Translations under genes and position numbers: made by a program
Notes under the pieces: model-generated
What the model saw: the letters and a program-made list of their open reading frames with translations, nothing else
Told to the model about the DNA's origin: nothing
Databases searched by the model: none
DNA from: Gnetum montanum
Taxonomy: Eukaryota > Plantae > Gnetophyta
Assembly (NCBI GenBank): GCA_015680685.1
Contig: MNCI01000556.1
Coordinates: 1,065,931 to 1,129,930, forward strand
Direction: 5' to 3'
Length of the DNA stretch: 64,000 bases
Shown here: piece after piece, positions 12,200 through 25,274 of the stretch
Position numbering within the stretch: position 1 is the first letter of the stretch
Layout: the number at the start of each line of letters is the position of its first letter

Positions 12200-15000
12200 T
12201 ATAATGTAAAGAATATGACCAGTGACTATACAAAAATTAGTATGATAAAACCAAAGGGCATGAGATAGGTTTATATGCTAGTTATGTTGGGTGTTATTAA
12301 CCATGATACGAAGAAAGCATATGAGAGATTTATTAGTAGACTTAGAATACCCATTAAATTGATGACAATAAGGTGATGAAAAGGATTGCATGATGTAGTA
12401 CGTGGAGTAAAAATCAACTACCTCCTTTTGAACTAAGATCTATAGTTAGTTATAATCTAGAGAGATATGATGAAGTGAGCTATGATGTGATCAAGGATGA
12501 AGATATAGATAATGTGGGATTTGGTAGAATGAAAATAAATGAATTCTACCCACTTAGTGAATTATTCCCTCGTAGTTTGTATAAATTGATTCCTAGTAGA
12601 TGAAGGAGAAGTAATGGCACTAATTAGATATAAATTCCATTTTTAAAAAGGAATATGATTTGAGACATGTTGAGCTCTTGTTAAGGAACAATAATAATAG
12701 AACTATGCATTTGGCAAGTATCAAATGTTCTAAATAGATGATAAGCATCTTTGGCTAAGGTTGACCAGTAATAGAAAAAAGAGATTATGCAAGTAGCTAG
12801 GGAGCATGAACGTAGGTATTCGCTACAAACTCCTAAGTAAACTTGATCAAGGACTATTTTAGACTTTTTAGAACTAAGATAACAAAGAAGAATACCTATA
12901 GAAGAAACTCAATAAAGAATATTAGGATTCACTAATAAAAAATGTTGACTATGTTTATGCAAGGTATCCTTTTGAGTAGGCATAAGGTGACTAGGAGTTT
13001 CCCTAATTGTGAGGTAATGGAAAAGATCAACATATTGTTGATTATCATATTCTACATTGATAGTGCTTACCAATATGTTAGAATATTGTATTATAGGTAT
13101 TAAGAAAATAGATTAAATGAGTTGATCTCACATACTGGTAAGATCATCATGAATGACTAGACTTACTAGTGGATTAGCTGGCATATTCTCAAAATGAGGG
13201 ATATGACTCAAAATATAAGTAGATAAGGAAAAGATAATTTCCTTAGCCATTTAAATATAAGGAAGTAGGTGAAGAGCCTTGTAATCATAGTCACCATTAA
13301 TTTAATTTATGATGAGCTATGAGTCACCATAAAGATAAATAGTTTTGACTTAATTTTGCAATGTCACTAAGAGACCTCTTATGAAGGCCTCATATTTAGC
13401 AACATTATTAGTACAAGGTAAATTAAGTTTATAAGCATAATAAAGAAATTGTTTAGTAGAGAAAATAAGAACACAAGCTGTGCTAGATTTGAGAAATGTA
13501 TGTGCTCCTTTGAAATAAAGGACAACATCAAAATTTCCTATATCAAGTTATAAACTATGAAAAATTTTATTTGTTTCAAATGAATAGATAAGATCAAGTG
13601 AAGCATGATCTTTGATCTAGTGTTAAGATAGCAAAGAAAGATCAAAATTTATAAGAAAAGCATTCCACCAAGCTAAGTGATAGTTATCAAAAGGATTGTT
13701 AGTCATAACTTTCATCATATTATCTTTGTAAATAACAAAGATTCTAACATTTAAAAGGTAATGTCTCTACCTTTTAAGAGCAAAGACAAGATTTAAGTAG
13801 GATTTTGTAAAACATCTTATCTCATAATCTGAAAAGGGGTGAGATAGGTAGTATACAGGAAGATCAACTTTGTCTTCTCATCATTGAGAGAGTATAATGG
13901 AGATATAATGATTAAAATTAGAAATATAAAGATAAAAAGGTTGATTGAATTATGGGGAATGAAAAATAGGAAGCATAGTTAAGAATTCTTTGATAGAATC
14001 GAAGGGATTTTAACACTTCTCATCCTAGATAAAGAAAGTGGATTTACAAAATAAATAAGTTAAAAGATGATGATTAGTGAGGTTGGAAATGAAATGATAA
14101 ATTCATTGAAGATGATCTTGAAGGACACACACCTTGAATATCTTTAGGAGGTATGAGATTTTGAATAGGTTTAACTTTATCAAGATCAATAGCTATGTTA
14201 TCTTGAGAGATAAGATAACCTAACAGTATACCTATAAGAACTACAAAAATATAGTTCTTAAGATTAAGATGCAAGTTAAACTTCTCATAGCAAGTTAGAA
14301 CTTCATCTAATTTAGAAACATGATTAGTAGCTAAGGTAGAATTGATGGTTAATTTATGAACGTAATTGTTATAAAATTCATGGATTATTAGTAGGTAGCT
14401 CAAACATTTTTTAGACCAAAGGGAATTTTGATGTAAAAAAATGTTCCCCAATAAGTCATAAATGTCGTATAGTAGTAGTACTATGCATTTATCTAGATTT
14501 TGTTATAACTAGAAAAACCATATGTAAAGGATAAAAGAGCATGAAAAACCATGGAATCAATTAGCTTATCAATATTTGGTAAAGGGAAATCTTTCTTAAC
14601 AGTGACTTTGTTGAGGTCTCTAAAGTTAATTCAAATGTGAATGCCACCATTCTTTTTGAAAACTAAAATGATGTTAGAAGCCCAATCAAAATAGTTGATA
14701 GGATGGATGAATCCAATGTTAAAGAGCTTTTTTATCTCTTCTTTTATAGAAAGAGCTATAGTAGGATGAATTTTCATAACCTTTTGTTTGACAGGCTTGG
14801 AAGCTTCCTCCAAGATGATGTTACGCTAAATAAGCTTTAGGTCTAGACCAGGAATATCACTTGTTCCTAAGAAAAAGAAATTGATTATTTCTAAAAGGTT
14901 GCTAGAATAGACTCGTGAAGGTCTATAGAAAGAAAGGAACTAAGCTGAAGGGTCTTTTATTTGTCTTTACAAATTAGTATAGGAAGATCAATTAATTGAT
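12200..15000 (-). pseudogene. Old Tat-like Ty3/gypsy pol relic (RT-RH-aRH-partial INT)
   Basis: KPVKQK...IKEEIKKLFNIGFIHPINYFDWASNI..VFKKNGG (14631-14813), LLGYLISQ..IAIDLDKVK (14074-14451), aRH motif LPCTNNVAKYEA...GDS at ~13320-13430. Boundaries approximate. Confidence 0.8.
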
Positions 15001-15314
15001 CATTAGTTAAGAGAGGCTCTTGATTTAAGAAAGAGATATGTAGCTAAGATATGAGTTCATACTTAGTAACATCTAAATAGTATATAAGAGAAATTGAGTT
15101 TGATACTAAGTTAAGGAAAGAGAGATCTAGAGTTCTACGTATCTAACCTACATGATTTCTCGAGATTAGAGGTTAGAGTAGAGACTATGGATAGGCAGCC
15201 ATGTTCACCTAGGAAAAAATTAATTAATTAGATTTTTTTATTGAAAGAAGAGAAAATGTCAAAAATAAGCAAGAAAATTCAAAAGTGAGATAAACATCAA
15301 ATGTCCAAAGACAC

Positions 15315-17950
15315 ATGTCAAAAGTCCAAAATCAACCTAATTTACAAAGAAAAGTAGAGGATTTACTTGCAAATGGCTACATGAGGAAGTCACTTTCTCC
15401 TTATGTAGTTCCAACAATGCTTATGCTAAAGAAGGATAGTGAAGAATGTAGAATGTGCATTAATTCTATGACTGTGAATAGGATAATAGTGAGATACAAG
15501 TTTCCTATTCTAAAAATAGATTATATCCTAGATTTCCTTACCAATGTAGAGGTTTTCAAAAAAATTGACTTGAAGAGTGGACATCATCAAATTTGGATTA
15601 GGATTTTTAATGAAAGGAAGACCATTTTCAAAACAACATATGGATTATTTAAGTGATTTGTGATGTCATTTATAATCACAAATACCCCTTCTAAATTCAT
15701 GAGTCTAGTGCATGATGTTCTCAATGATTTGATTAGTAAGTATTATATTATCTTCTTTAATGATATTTTGGTATACAACTCTAATGAGAAGGAGCATTTG
15801 GATCACTTTGGAAGAGTGTATCTTAAGTAGAAGAAATTACATTTGATGATAAATGTGAAGAAGAATCACTCAAAGATGAAACTTGAATATTTGGAACATG
15901 CAATTTCTAAAATCAAGTTCAAATGGAAGCTACAAGGGTGAGGGCTATTAAAGATTGTCCAACTCCTAGAAATGTTGGGAAGATAAGATCATTTCTTAGT
16001 TTAGTAGGTTTTTATAAGTAGCTCATAAAAAGTTTAAATGGTATTTCATGAATGATATTTATTTTTCTTAATAAGAATTAAGATTTTAGGTGGGATGAGA
16101 AAACCCAAAGAAGCTTTGACTTGTTGAGGGTGAAAATTGGTAGTAAATCAATGCTTTCAATACTATATTTCTAAAAACTTTTTCATTGGAGGGCTAGTTT
16201 CATAAGGAATACATGTTTCTTTCTTTTCAAAAAACTTAAATAAGTTAAGTTAGAAATATAACATATATGAGAAGGAATTTTATGCTATTCTTTACACAAT
16301 AAAGTATTGAAGGCATTACTTGTTTCCAAAGGAGCTCACTTTGATGAATAATCATAAAGTACTTGAATATCTTAATTCCAAAAATAATTTGAGAGCTAAA
16401 AACATGAAGTAGATGGCATAATTATAGGAGTTCAGGTTTGTGCTTAAGCACAAGAGTGGAAAAGCCAATGTGGTGGCTAATGTATTCTCTAGGATGCATA
16501 TAGTGAATTTTAGTATACCTCATGTGGAAGATATGAATTATTTTAATGATTTATATGAACATGATTTAGATTTTGAACACATTTGGAGAAGCCTCAAAAG
16601 ACCATTTTTGAGTAGGATAGACCAGTGAAGGGACTATCATATTTAATAGGAACTATTGTTGAAGATTAAAAAGTTTTGTTTTTCAAATTATAATTTTAGA
16701 AGGAAAATTTTTGTTGAAAAATATTATGGTAGCATGGCAAGTGACATGGGTAGAGACAAGACATTAATGCTTGTGGTAGATACTATTTTGGGCTAGAATT
16801 ATCTCTAAAGTTTTTAAATTTGTGAAGGAGTATTTGACATGTCAAAAATTCAAAGGAGATAAAGGAGTGGATGGACATTACATGTCTTTGCTAATCCCTA
16901 AGGATCATTCGAAAAGCGTGTTAATAGACTTTGTGAGTGGGATTCTAAAGACTAAAAGTAGGAATGATGCTATCTTTATGATGGTGGATAGATTATCGAA
17001 GATGGCATACTTCATTCTATTTTAAAAGATAAGTAATGCATCTCATGTTTCAAATTTGTTTTTCTAACATATTATGATGTTGCATGGGATTTCTTTGAAT
17101 ATTGTTAGTGATAGAGACTCCAAGTTCACTATTTATTTTTAAAGTTAATTTTAAAAAATTTTATGAAAAAAAGTTAATTTTTTCTAATGCATATCATCCA
17201 TAATATGATGGTTAAATTGAAGTGGTCATTAAATCTTTGTTGAATTTTTTGAGGTGTTTGTATGAAGGATAGACCAATAGGTGGGAAAATTTATTGTGTC
17301 ATGTTGAATTTTCCTACTATAATGTTTTTCATGTTATTATTGGAAGGATCCTATTTAAGGTTAATTATTATTTTTGTTCAAATATTTCATTAATATTAGG
17401 ATCTTTGATAGAGAAGCTCAATTGAGGGTTTATTTTGTGCAAGAGATGAAGGATCTTCATGCTTAAATAAAAGAAAATCTTGAGAAGAAGGCTAAAGAAA
17501 GAGTCCTTAAAATGAATAAGGGTAAGAAAAAGTCCAAATTTGCTATTTGTAATCTTGTTTGTATGTACTTGAAGAAGAAGAGATTGAGAGATGTCAACTT
17601 CTCAAAATTGAAGTTAAAGAAGATGAATCCTTTTAAGATACTATACTCAATTATAATGCTTTTGAAATTAACTTTACCAAATGATATTGGTATGTATTTT
17701 TTTTAATGTTGTAGATGTTGTATATTACCATGGACTAGTAGTTAATGAGTTGAAGGGGGCTATTGATAAGTCCAAGCCTTCAAAGGAGATGAAGGAAATT
17801 ATACTCAAGAAGAGAGAAGCTTCCAATACTCATTGAATGAAAAGGTATAAGTACTTGATCCATTAGAATGATCAAACTACTGATGATGTTGTATGGGTTA
17901 ATGAAACCAAACTTGTTAAGTAGGAAATCACTTTTTACCATACTTCCTTA
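15315..17950 (+). pseudogene. Chromovirus-like Ty3/gypsy pol relic (RT-RH-INT-chromodomain)
   Basis: SLSPYVVPTML..KKD..CRMC...KIDLKSGHHQI (RT); HKSGKANVVANVFSR; CQKFK...IDFVSG..KT...MVDRLSKMAYF (INT); KYLIH*ND...DDVVW (chromo-like) at ~17850-17900. Confidence 0.8.
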
Positions 17951-17984
17951 TTTACTTAAGTTTACTTTTTGAAGGTGGAAGAGT

Positions 17985-18850
17985 TAGTATAGGGATACCT
18001 CTTTTGAACTCCTTTTCATCCCTACAGGTTGAAGACTAAAGGTTTTGAGTGACTAGAAAGATAACTTGGTTACCTAAGATGTCTTTCTTTAGGATTAGGC
18101 ATGCAAAGAAGACATTGTATATGCATGGAAGATGTTTTACCTAAGAGTTGATTGATGATAATAGACATCTTATCTAGAAAAGGAGAGGTCTTAGCTAGGA
18201 GTGGAGACATCTTATACAAAGAGGAGATGTCTCTAGAAATACATCTCACATGTGGAGGAGATGCCTTATTCTCAAAGAGGATGTCTTATCAAGATAGGAG
18301 ATATCTTGGATGAAAGCCAAAGTTGATAGTAAGACATCTTTTCAAGCTTGTAGACATCCCATTAAGTCATGGAAAGTTTCAATAAGGTAGTTTCAAAAAT
18401 AAAAATAGTTAGAAAATATGAGATCAAGTTTGGAAATAACTAGGAATCTTCAAGTTAATCAATGAAAATGTTTTCCTATAGTCTTAGTCTTATAATTCAT
18501 AAATATTTATTATGTTTACATATTTTTGGTATATAAGGAGCATAAGAGAGTTGAGAGAGAAATAGCATAAGAGTTGTGTACATATTTGTGGTCAATTATA
18601 TGTGTGATATTGGCCATTTTGACTCTTTTTGTGTTTTGGATCCTGGTCCTATGTAAGGAAGAGATCTAGCTCAATTATGTCCTTCATTAAGCTCAATCAT
18701 GTATATGGTTGTAGAGTTTCATGCTTTATAATATTTTTGAGTGTATGATTTATGGTTATATGGATTGGATTCAATTGTATTTATAATCTTATTTCAACAA
18801 CAATAGAAGATATCTAGTTTTCTTATGTTCTAATAATTTATTTATCTTAC
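17985..18850 (+). repeat. Possible degenerate LTR between the two chromovirus-like relics
   Basis: Preceded by purine run gaaggtggaagag (~17971), contains repeated agatgtct/agacatct words and a tataag, and is followed by a possible decayed Met-PBS (taatatctaga). No second copy confirmed. Confidence 0.35.
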
Positions 18851-19119
18851 ATAATATCTAGATATGATGTGTTTTGAAGAGTTAAAGAAAATTGAAGTAA
18901 CCATGCTTCAAACCCTCTTAAGTATCAACCATAAGCTTGATTTCTATTGACTAAGATAAATGCAAATGAATAAGAAGTAGAGACTCTTAGGATAACTGAG
19001 AAAATCTCACAAAGTTTAGTGGTTATTCAATAGAATGTACAAGGAAGATAATCGAAGCAACAACCAAGGTTGCATTTGATATAGATAGTTCTAGTGTAGT
19101 TTTTGTAAAGGACATTAGA

Positions 19120-22100
19120 TTAATTGATTGAAACAAGTGCCAGACATAACTTCCTTTCACCAAAAATCATTTGTATCCTTAATTTGCAAGGGAAACTCTC
19201 TTTGACATCCTACAAGTTAGCCAAATTCTATCCAATCAAATGTGCTAGAGTTGTAAGAGATGTAGATGTAAAGGTAGGCCAACGAAGTAAGAACTTGGTT
19301 GGATTTTTGGTTCTAGATATTATTTCTTTCCAAGTTATCCTTGGAAAAAAAGTTTTTAAAAATATGAAATTACTAGTTTCCTCATACCTAGATGTCCTTT
19401 ATATTTTACATGAGTAATTACCCTATGCAATGAAGACATCTATACCATGAACAACTAGAACTCTTCATGAAGTTCAAATTATTTTTCCTATGGTGATGAA
19501 GCAAGTTGCTAGGGATCTAATATAGTAGATATTTCTCATCACATTGAGAGAGACAAAAGAGAAAAATTCTACTCAAATGGATTTGTGGATAAAGAACATG
19601 TGAGAATGGTGGAAGATAAAGAAGTGGAAAGAAGTGGAAAGGTATAAGGATCTCATGTAGTGGAATTACCTAAAGAATTTCTAGAATGGTGGAAGATAAA
19701 TTATAAGATTGAGATACTATTAAGAACTACCCCTCTTAGGTAATGATCCTATAGTATACCTTCCCCTAGGTTGCCTGAATTAAGGAAGTAGTTACTATGT
19801 TTGATGGATAATGTTTACATTCAGCCTTACAAATCTTCTTATGGAGGTTTAGTATTATTTTTCAAGAAAGAAGATGGCTCGTTAAGGTTGTGCTATGACT
19901 TCAAACTCTTGAAAATGTACACCATCAAGAATAGGTATCCAGTACCTTTGGTTTTGGACCTATTTGACTAATAAACAAGGATCAAGTATTCACTTAACTT
20001 GACCTTTACTAATGTTACTATCATGTATTGATCGAAAAACATGTTGAAGAAAAGATAGCATGTGTCACTCATTATGGCTCATAGAAGTAGATGATCATGT
20101 TATATGGATTATGCAACACTCATACTACTTTTTGCATACTCATGAATAAGGTGTTTCATTTATATATTGATAAATGTTTAGTATTATATCTTGATGATAT
20201 CCTTGTGTATTATCAATTTATGGAAGAACATTTTCATCATTTAGATATGATATTCTCCAAATTATGAGAGTATAAGTTATATGTTAAGTGAATTGTGAGT
20301 TTAGTAATGCAAAATTAATATTTTTATGCAAAATCATTGGTGGAGGTAGGGTGAAATCATATCCAAATAAAGTAAAGGTCATTAGCACATAACCTATGCT
20401 AAAATATGTGCATGAACTACTCCAATTAGTAACTTATGATCAATATGAAGATACTCACAACTTAGATTGTTTTGTTCTTCCTAACTTTGTAAAACCATTT
20501 AAAGTTGATATTGATACTTTGTAAAAGCATTTAGTAACTTTGTAAAACCATTTAAAGTTGATATTGATACTTTAGATGAGGTAATTAGTAGAGTACTCTT
20601 ACAATATAATCATATGGTGGCATTCAAATCAAAGAATTCAAACTAGATAGAATAACTATTTCCAATGGATGAAAAGGAAACATTTTTCATTATCAACTAT
20701 CATTGTACTTGATGGTATTATCTCCTTTGTGATCCCATGATAGTCAAAACTAATAATGCTACCATGAGGTACCTTCCCAACGAATAAAAGTTGAAGCTAA
20801 AGCAAACTCAATGGTTAAGTCTATTGTAAGAGTAGAGCCTTCCATTCATTTATTCGCTAGCCCAAAAGAACATTGTAGTAAATGATTTGAGTATATGTCC
20901 TTAAGTATACTTGATGGAAGTAGTGGAATAGCCAAATAGCTCTTGGATCATTGATTGATCATGACCTCTCAACAAAGATTAAGAAATGACTACATCATGA
21001 TTAATGTCCTTAGGAATTATTAAAGATGATCCATGAAGGTGATGAATCAAATTTTAGTAAAGTACATGGCATAATCATGTTCAAATAATAGAATTTATAT
21101 TTCTAGTTTAGGTTCTCTACATTCTAAAATCATGGATGAATTTCATAGCATGCTCTAGGCTTATCATCTAAGGCACAAGAAAATGATGGTGTTGGTGGAG
21201 AGGAGTTTCTACTATCCTAACTTGGGCATTTATGTGGTAGAATTTGTGTGAAAATGAGAAACTTAGAAATTTACTCAATCCATTGAAGAATCTAGAGATT
21301 CCATGAGTGAACATCTCCATGGATTTCATTACAAGACTTTTCATAGTATAGGAATTTCCTAGCATCCTTATAGTTGTGGATAAGTTCTCCTTGTTACTTT
21401 CCTCATGTGTTCTTATCCTTGAATAGCTAAGAATGTAGCATCATTATTATTTGATAATGTAGTTCACTACTTTGGATTATGATCAAGCATTATTTTGAAT
21501 TGTGAGTCCCATTTTATAAGGGATTTTTAATGAAAGTTATTTAAGATGTTGGATGCTAAGTTATGAATGTCTTCAAGGTATTATCCCCAAATGGATGGAT
21601 AAGTAGATTAGGTAAATAGGATTTTAGAGGAATACCTAAGAAAATTCATCTAGTTTAATGAAATGAAGTAGGTGGCTTTGCTACCTATGACTTAGTTCAA
21701 CTACAATATTGAAAAATCCTCCACCATAAGATTCTCTTTGGTGCAGTTGGCCTTAACAAGGTAATTATCAGTCCTAAAATTGGTGGAAACCTCATGTGAA
21801 ATTTTAATTTTTAAACAAATAAATTTATTAAAGATTAGGTAAATTATATCCAAGTTTCTAGACTATATTTAAAGAATTATTTCCAACATACAAAGAAGTA
21901 CTCACATAGTAAGAGGAGACCATTAGACTTTATTGTTGATGAATGGACTCTCTTGAAGATGGATTATGCAAGATAGATAAGGTTGAAGAAGGGGGATAAG
22001 CAAGAGGTTCTTAAGGTGTTATGATATATCTTTTAAGATTCTTTCTTGGGTGAGAATGCTTACAAGCTATAGTTGCTAGCATATTTGGTAAAATATCACC

Positions 22101-22350
22101 ATGTGTTTTATGTTTCAATGCTTAAAAAGTTCAATCTTAGAGACATTGATCTAGCAATAGTAAGATCCAAATAACCTATAAACATTGAGTATATTAAAGG
22201 ATGATGGATTTATTTCATCATCAACATGTACATCATAAGCTATGCCCAAAATTAGAAGGTTGAATTCATGGTATACTCACAGAGCATATCCTTAGAGAAG
22301 GATACCTAAGAGCAATAGTAAGCTCTCAAGAATAATTTGTCTTTTGTCCT
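19120..22350 (+). pseudogene. Second chromovirus-like Ty3/gypsy pol relic (PR-RT-RH-INT-chromodomain)
   Basis: LIETSARHNF (PR, decayed DTG); SSYGGLVLFFKKEDGSLRLCYDF..L...TIKNRYPVP; YLDDILVY; ISMDFIT..F...SILIVVDKFS; YHHVFYVSMLKK. Heavily mutated. Confidence 0.78.
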
Positions 22351-23280
22351 AAACTTCTATGCTAAGAATGACATTGATTTTCCCTTGTGGATTTATAGAG
22401 GTGTTTAGTTGGAGACAACCACTTCCTGATGGAAGTTACAATGCTACCTATAATAAAAGAAAAAAAAAATTGGTAGATGTGTAATAGCATGAATGGTGCT
22501 AAAGTGAATCTAAATTTCTAAGGGATAGAAAATCAATATCTTCCCCTTGAATTAAGAATTTTAATGATGCTACAATGAGGCTAGAATCCTAAGGTTCCTG
22601 TACATGCTAGTGATAGGCTATTACTAGGCATGAGAAGTGGTTCTCCCAAGTTACAAAATAGCATCCCCTTAGTTACAAAAGGGTCAACACTACACTCTTG
22701 TATCACCACCATAGGTAGATTATTGGATCATGTATTAAGAGATTATATTTAACTTTAGGTAGAAAAATTAGGACATTTTACAAGAAGAAAGGAAAAACCA
22801 TTTCTTGCTAAATCCAAGTTAGACAAACTTCTCTAAGTATTTTTTGGATGTCAAGTTTCATTTAATATTCATAATTTATGATTGAATAGCCCTAGTCATT
22901 GAACCTACCTATCTATAACTATTGAAAAGAATTTTAGTTGTTCAAAGTTCTTTAATATTCATTAGGACTATTTAGGTTTTAAAATACATATGAACAAAGA
23001 CTTAAGATCTGAGAATATCTCTTCTTTCAAGTGGAAGATAGTATAGGAAAACATACATAGTTAATGAATTGAAGGTTGTTCCTCTTTAGAAGAGTGGGTA
23101 GAGGAGTGTGAAGATCCTCATAGGATTAGTGCTATCTTAACCATCATTAATAGAACTACATGATCTTGATTTCTTTATGTACCTCCTCACAAGGATATGT
23201 AGGCTTATTAAGAAGGCTTCATCTCTTCATCTCCCAAGATTATGCCACCATCCTTCTCTTTAGTGCAGGGGTTAGGGTTA

Positions 23281-25261
23281 TGTAGTGACCAAAAATGTTA
23301 GTGGCTAGAATACCGAGAGGTTTCTGGGAAAATAGTTTAACCTTGGATCTATGCAAGGGCTGTGCTGGAGAGAAACAAAAATGGGGTGCCCTGAATGATT
23401 TGGTTGATCAGATAGGAACTTAATTGGTGTATCTTAATCCTTTATGAACATTTGTTTTGGAAATGATGTACGTGAAGTAAAGTGATGATCAATAAATATA
23501 AAATGATGAAAATAGTGCAAAAAAAAGATGATAGTAAGTGAATAGAAAAATAGACTTGGGTGAGAAAGTGTACCTCCCCAAGATCATAGATTTGATCCTT
23601 TGTTTTGTTGGAAGGTGTACAATTGAACATGCAACACTAGAGAGGCATAGCTTTTACAGAGCAGTATGGTCATAGATCTCTGAACTATAGTCAGTAGCCT
23701 GGTATTCAGGATTCTTTTGCTTGCCACTTTGCTCGCTAAGATGTCAAAATGCTAAACTCACAAAGGGATGTCTGGAGCCAACCAAAAAGCTTAAAGCCAA
23801 CCAAAATGCTAAAAATTCCAACTATGCTCTCCAAAAGACAACTCAAAAGTCAACTATGCAAAAAGCTAACCCTTTGAGCATTGTTCACTGGGGTATTTAT
23901 AGGGCTAGGAGTAGGAGAAAAATGTGTTCTAGATGCCACCTATCTTGGGCCCCTCAAGGTGCAAACATGGCTATGCTATGTAGATGTGTGATGTTGGATG
24001 TGAACCTTGTTACTCTAAGACCATACTTCTAAAACTGCATGTGCCAAAATTTAGAAAGCATGCTAACAATGAAAATAAAAGTGGAGCCTACGCTCCAGGG
24101 CTACGTCTTCCCTACTCTTGCAAGTAGGGCCAAGTGTAGGAATAATTTTTGGAATTGACCAAGGGTGTACAAAATGAAGTAAAATTGTTGGTTTTGTTTG
24201 CCAGAGAGGTGCCAGAATGAGAGTGATCACTACCAACAAGTTATAGAGCTAATCAAAGATGTCTTGATGCCTCCATGAAAATTTTGCACTACTTATGCTG
24301 TCCAGCACATTGGCGTAGCGTAAGTAACTAGTTGCTAAGCTGTGCTACACTACGTAGTATAGCATAGCGTAGCTAGTGGTCTTAAAAGAAGTCTTACCTA
24401 GAAGTTGAGATCATCTGTTCGAGGCTTGGTCAGGCAAGTGACTGCAACTTTTTCTTCCATGCTGAAAAGCCTTTGAGCTACTAAGTTCATCTTTGGGACA
24501 TTCTATTGTTTTGCATCCTTGCTACGCTACATAGCATAGCACAGTGTAGCAGCCATTGTGACATGCATCTTTGTTTAATATTTCAATGTTTCACCAGGAA
24601 ACTTTGCTTGATTCTTGAGGGCTAAGTGGGATAGGCAGTTTTAGAGACTGGAGCATTGCCATGTGCAATTCTGTTGCTAGAGCCATTTGGCTGAGGGGAT
24701 TTTGTGCATTCTATCCTTGCTACGCTATGTTATGCTACATAGTGTAGCATAGCATAGCACCCTATGTTGGTTGAATCCCAACTTGTTTTGCAATCATTTT
24801 GTCATAGGATGTTTATTATGTCCCGGTGTGTTGGCAGAGCAAGTTTGCTTGACAATTGTAACATGGGAAAATGCTTTGAAAGACTAACTTGTTATTCACT
24901 TGCATCTTGGATGCATGAGTGGTCTCTTCAAGGCTTGCTATGTTACACAGCATAGCATAGCGTAGCATATTTCTTTGCTAGAAAAATTGCTAAACTGTTT
25001 AGCTCATCCTAAACATTTTCAAAAACTCCTAGCATAGTCCCTAGGTAGACTGTCACCTAGGTTAATTGTCCAGTTTGGTAGGCTAGAGAGTCCAATAGGC
25101 CTGTGAGCCCTGGAGATAGAAAAATTTCAAGACTGTACAATCTATACTCAGTGCCCACATTGTTTTGATGGTTCATTGTGACGCTACACTTGTGGAAGTC
25201 TTTTGCCCAAATTCCAAGGCTCTACTGAAGCATTAGGATCTTGAAATTTTATGGTGTTTCA
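23281..25261 (-). repeat. Family A 3' LTR (1981 bp)
   Basis: In element orientation begins TGAAACACCATAAAATTT right after the PPT and ends ...GGTCACTACA. Colinear with 40486-42451. TATAAATA at 23894-23901 (minus). Confidence 0.92.
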
Positions 25262-25265
25262 ATGG

Positions 25266-25274
25266 CCTCTCTTT
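25266..25274 (-). promoter_or_regulatory. Polypurine tract of family A unit 1 (aaagagagg)
   Basis: 4 nt upstream of the LTR start; same context at 42456-42464 and 63497-63505. Confidence 0.85.

Noticed and set aside
23010-23280. Possible PPT and LTR start (caagtggaagatagtatagg) resembling ~17970-17993
   Set aside because: Similarity is only ~20 nt and downstream sequences do not visibly align.
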